Below, in pieces: positions 63,281 to 64,000 of a stretch of 64,000 nucleotides of DNA (positions within the stretch are counted from its first letter, which is position 1; the number at the start of each line of letters is the position of its first letter). Below the pieces are notes generated by a model. It ran no database searches. It saw nothing but the letters and a program-made list of their open reading frames with translations, and was not told the origin of the DNA. This stretch comes from Promethearchaeota archaeon (lineage in GTDB: Archaea > Asgardarchaeota > Lokiarchaeia > Sigyniarchaeales > SOKP01), in contig JAFGOA010000187.1 of NCBI GenBank assembly GCA_016926735.1, positions 7,334 through 71,333 on the forward strand, in the 5' to 3' direction. The position numbers were made by a program, and so were the translations under genes.

Positions 63281-64000
63281 ATTATAAGAGAGAATAATAG
63301 AAAAAAGGAATTTATAGAAAAAATTAGATTTTATATTAAAATCTTTGAAGATAAGAGAAATAAAAATTCCCTTTTAAGTCAAAAAAAGGGTATTGCTTAC
63401 ACTCCTCTTAAAATTATTGATATAATGGTAAAAAAATGTTTTATTTTATATTTTAATCATATGACAAAACCAAAAATATTTACCAAAACAAAAGAACAAA
63501 ATATCAACAATGTAAAAGAAATTATTGTAAAACATCCACAATTTAAATCTCTCTTCAAAGTCGGATTAGATAAATTAAAAATATTAGATCCTGCTTGTGG
63601 TTCGGGCAGATTTTTATTGCAAATAGCAAAATATATTTTTACTCTTTATCAATCAATAGAACCTTCTCCTAATATTTTTATTTTAAAAAAAAAAATAATT
63701 ATGAATAACATTTTTGGGATTGATTCTGATCAAGAAGCATGTTATATATCTAAATTAAGATTATTTCAATGGATCCTCCCAGATAATAACAATTTTCAAT
63801 TAAATAATTGTAATAAGTTTTCAAAAAATAATGATTCCCTTAGAAATATGGAACGAATTTTAAAAGTAATTGATTTTAAAATAAATGTTGAAAATAAGGA
63901 TTTTTTAGTAGATGATCAAAAAAAAGATCATTTTCATATTATAATAGGTAACCCTCCTTATATAGAAAATAAAAAAATAAAAAATGATACATATAAAAAG
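63281..64000 (+). CDS. N6-adenine DNA methyltransferase (Eco57I/type IIG-like), 3' end outside window; start uncertain
   Basis: Open frame with GIAYTP, KILDPACGSGRFL, IFGID and IIGNPPY. The first ATG (63425) lies downstream of GIAYTP. Confidence 0.85.
   Translation, partial: MIRENNRKKEFIEKIRFYIKIFEDKRNKNSLLSQKKGIAYTPLKIIDIMVKKCFILYFNHMTKPKIFTKTKEQNINNVKEIIVKHPQFKSLFKVGLDKLKILDPACGSGRFLLQIAKYIFTLYQSIEPSPNIFILKKKIIMNNIFGIDSDQEACYISKLRLFQWILPDNNNFQLNNCNKFSKNNDSLRNMERILKVIDFKINVENKDFLVDDQKKDHFHIIIGNPPYIENKKIKNDTYKK

Noticed and set aside
1-64000. CRISPR arrays, rRNA genes, transposases or integrases
   Set aside because: No regularly spaced repeats, rRNA-like GC-rich blocks or transposase/integrase motifs were seen.

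Overview
Very AT-rich archaeal chromosomal DNA, most likely from an Asgard archaeon of the Lokiarchaeia. This is inferred from a eukaryote-like actin, two Rab-like GTPases, roadblock and longin-like proteins, a PGY-type C-terminal sorting signal and archaeal core genes. About 60 protein genes are mostly housekeeping: cdc48, fen1, nob1, aIF5A, srp54, pyrC, nadC, purM/purB, tldD/pmbA, hef, rpo6, pan, aEF1B, mutS/mutL, rio2 and lsm. The main result is evidence of extensive bulge-helix-bulge (BHB) splicing. (1) The protein gene iorB is interrupted by a 30-nt stop-containing insert (47493-47522) that folds into a BHB motif, and cutting at the canonical endonuclease positions exactly restores the conserved GSE-M-HGLAQR motif, so it is a candidate mRNA intron. 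(2) A tRNA-Val(CAC) gene carries three BHB introns, all at non-canonical positions. Other points: at least three genes appear to need ATT/ATC/ATA starts, three tandem MtdA/B-like dehydrogenases separate iorA from iorB, a ~440-nt intergenic segment can fold into nested helices, there is a cohesin-domain surface protein, and two small genes were missed by the ORF track. All protein calls come from motif recognition by eye; no database searches were run.
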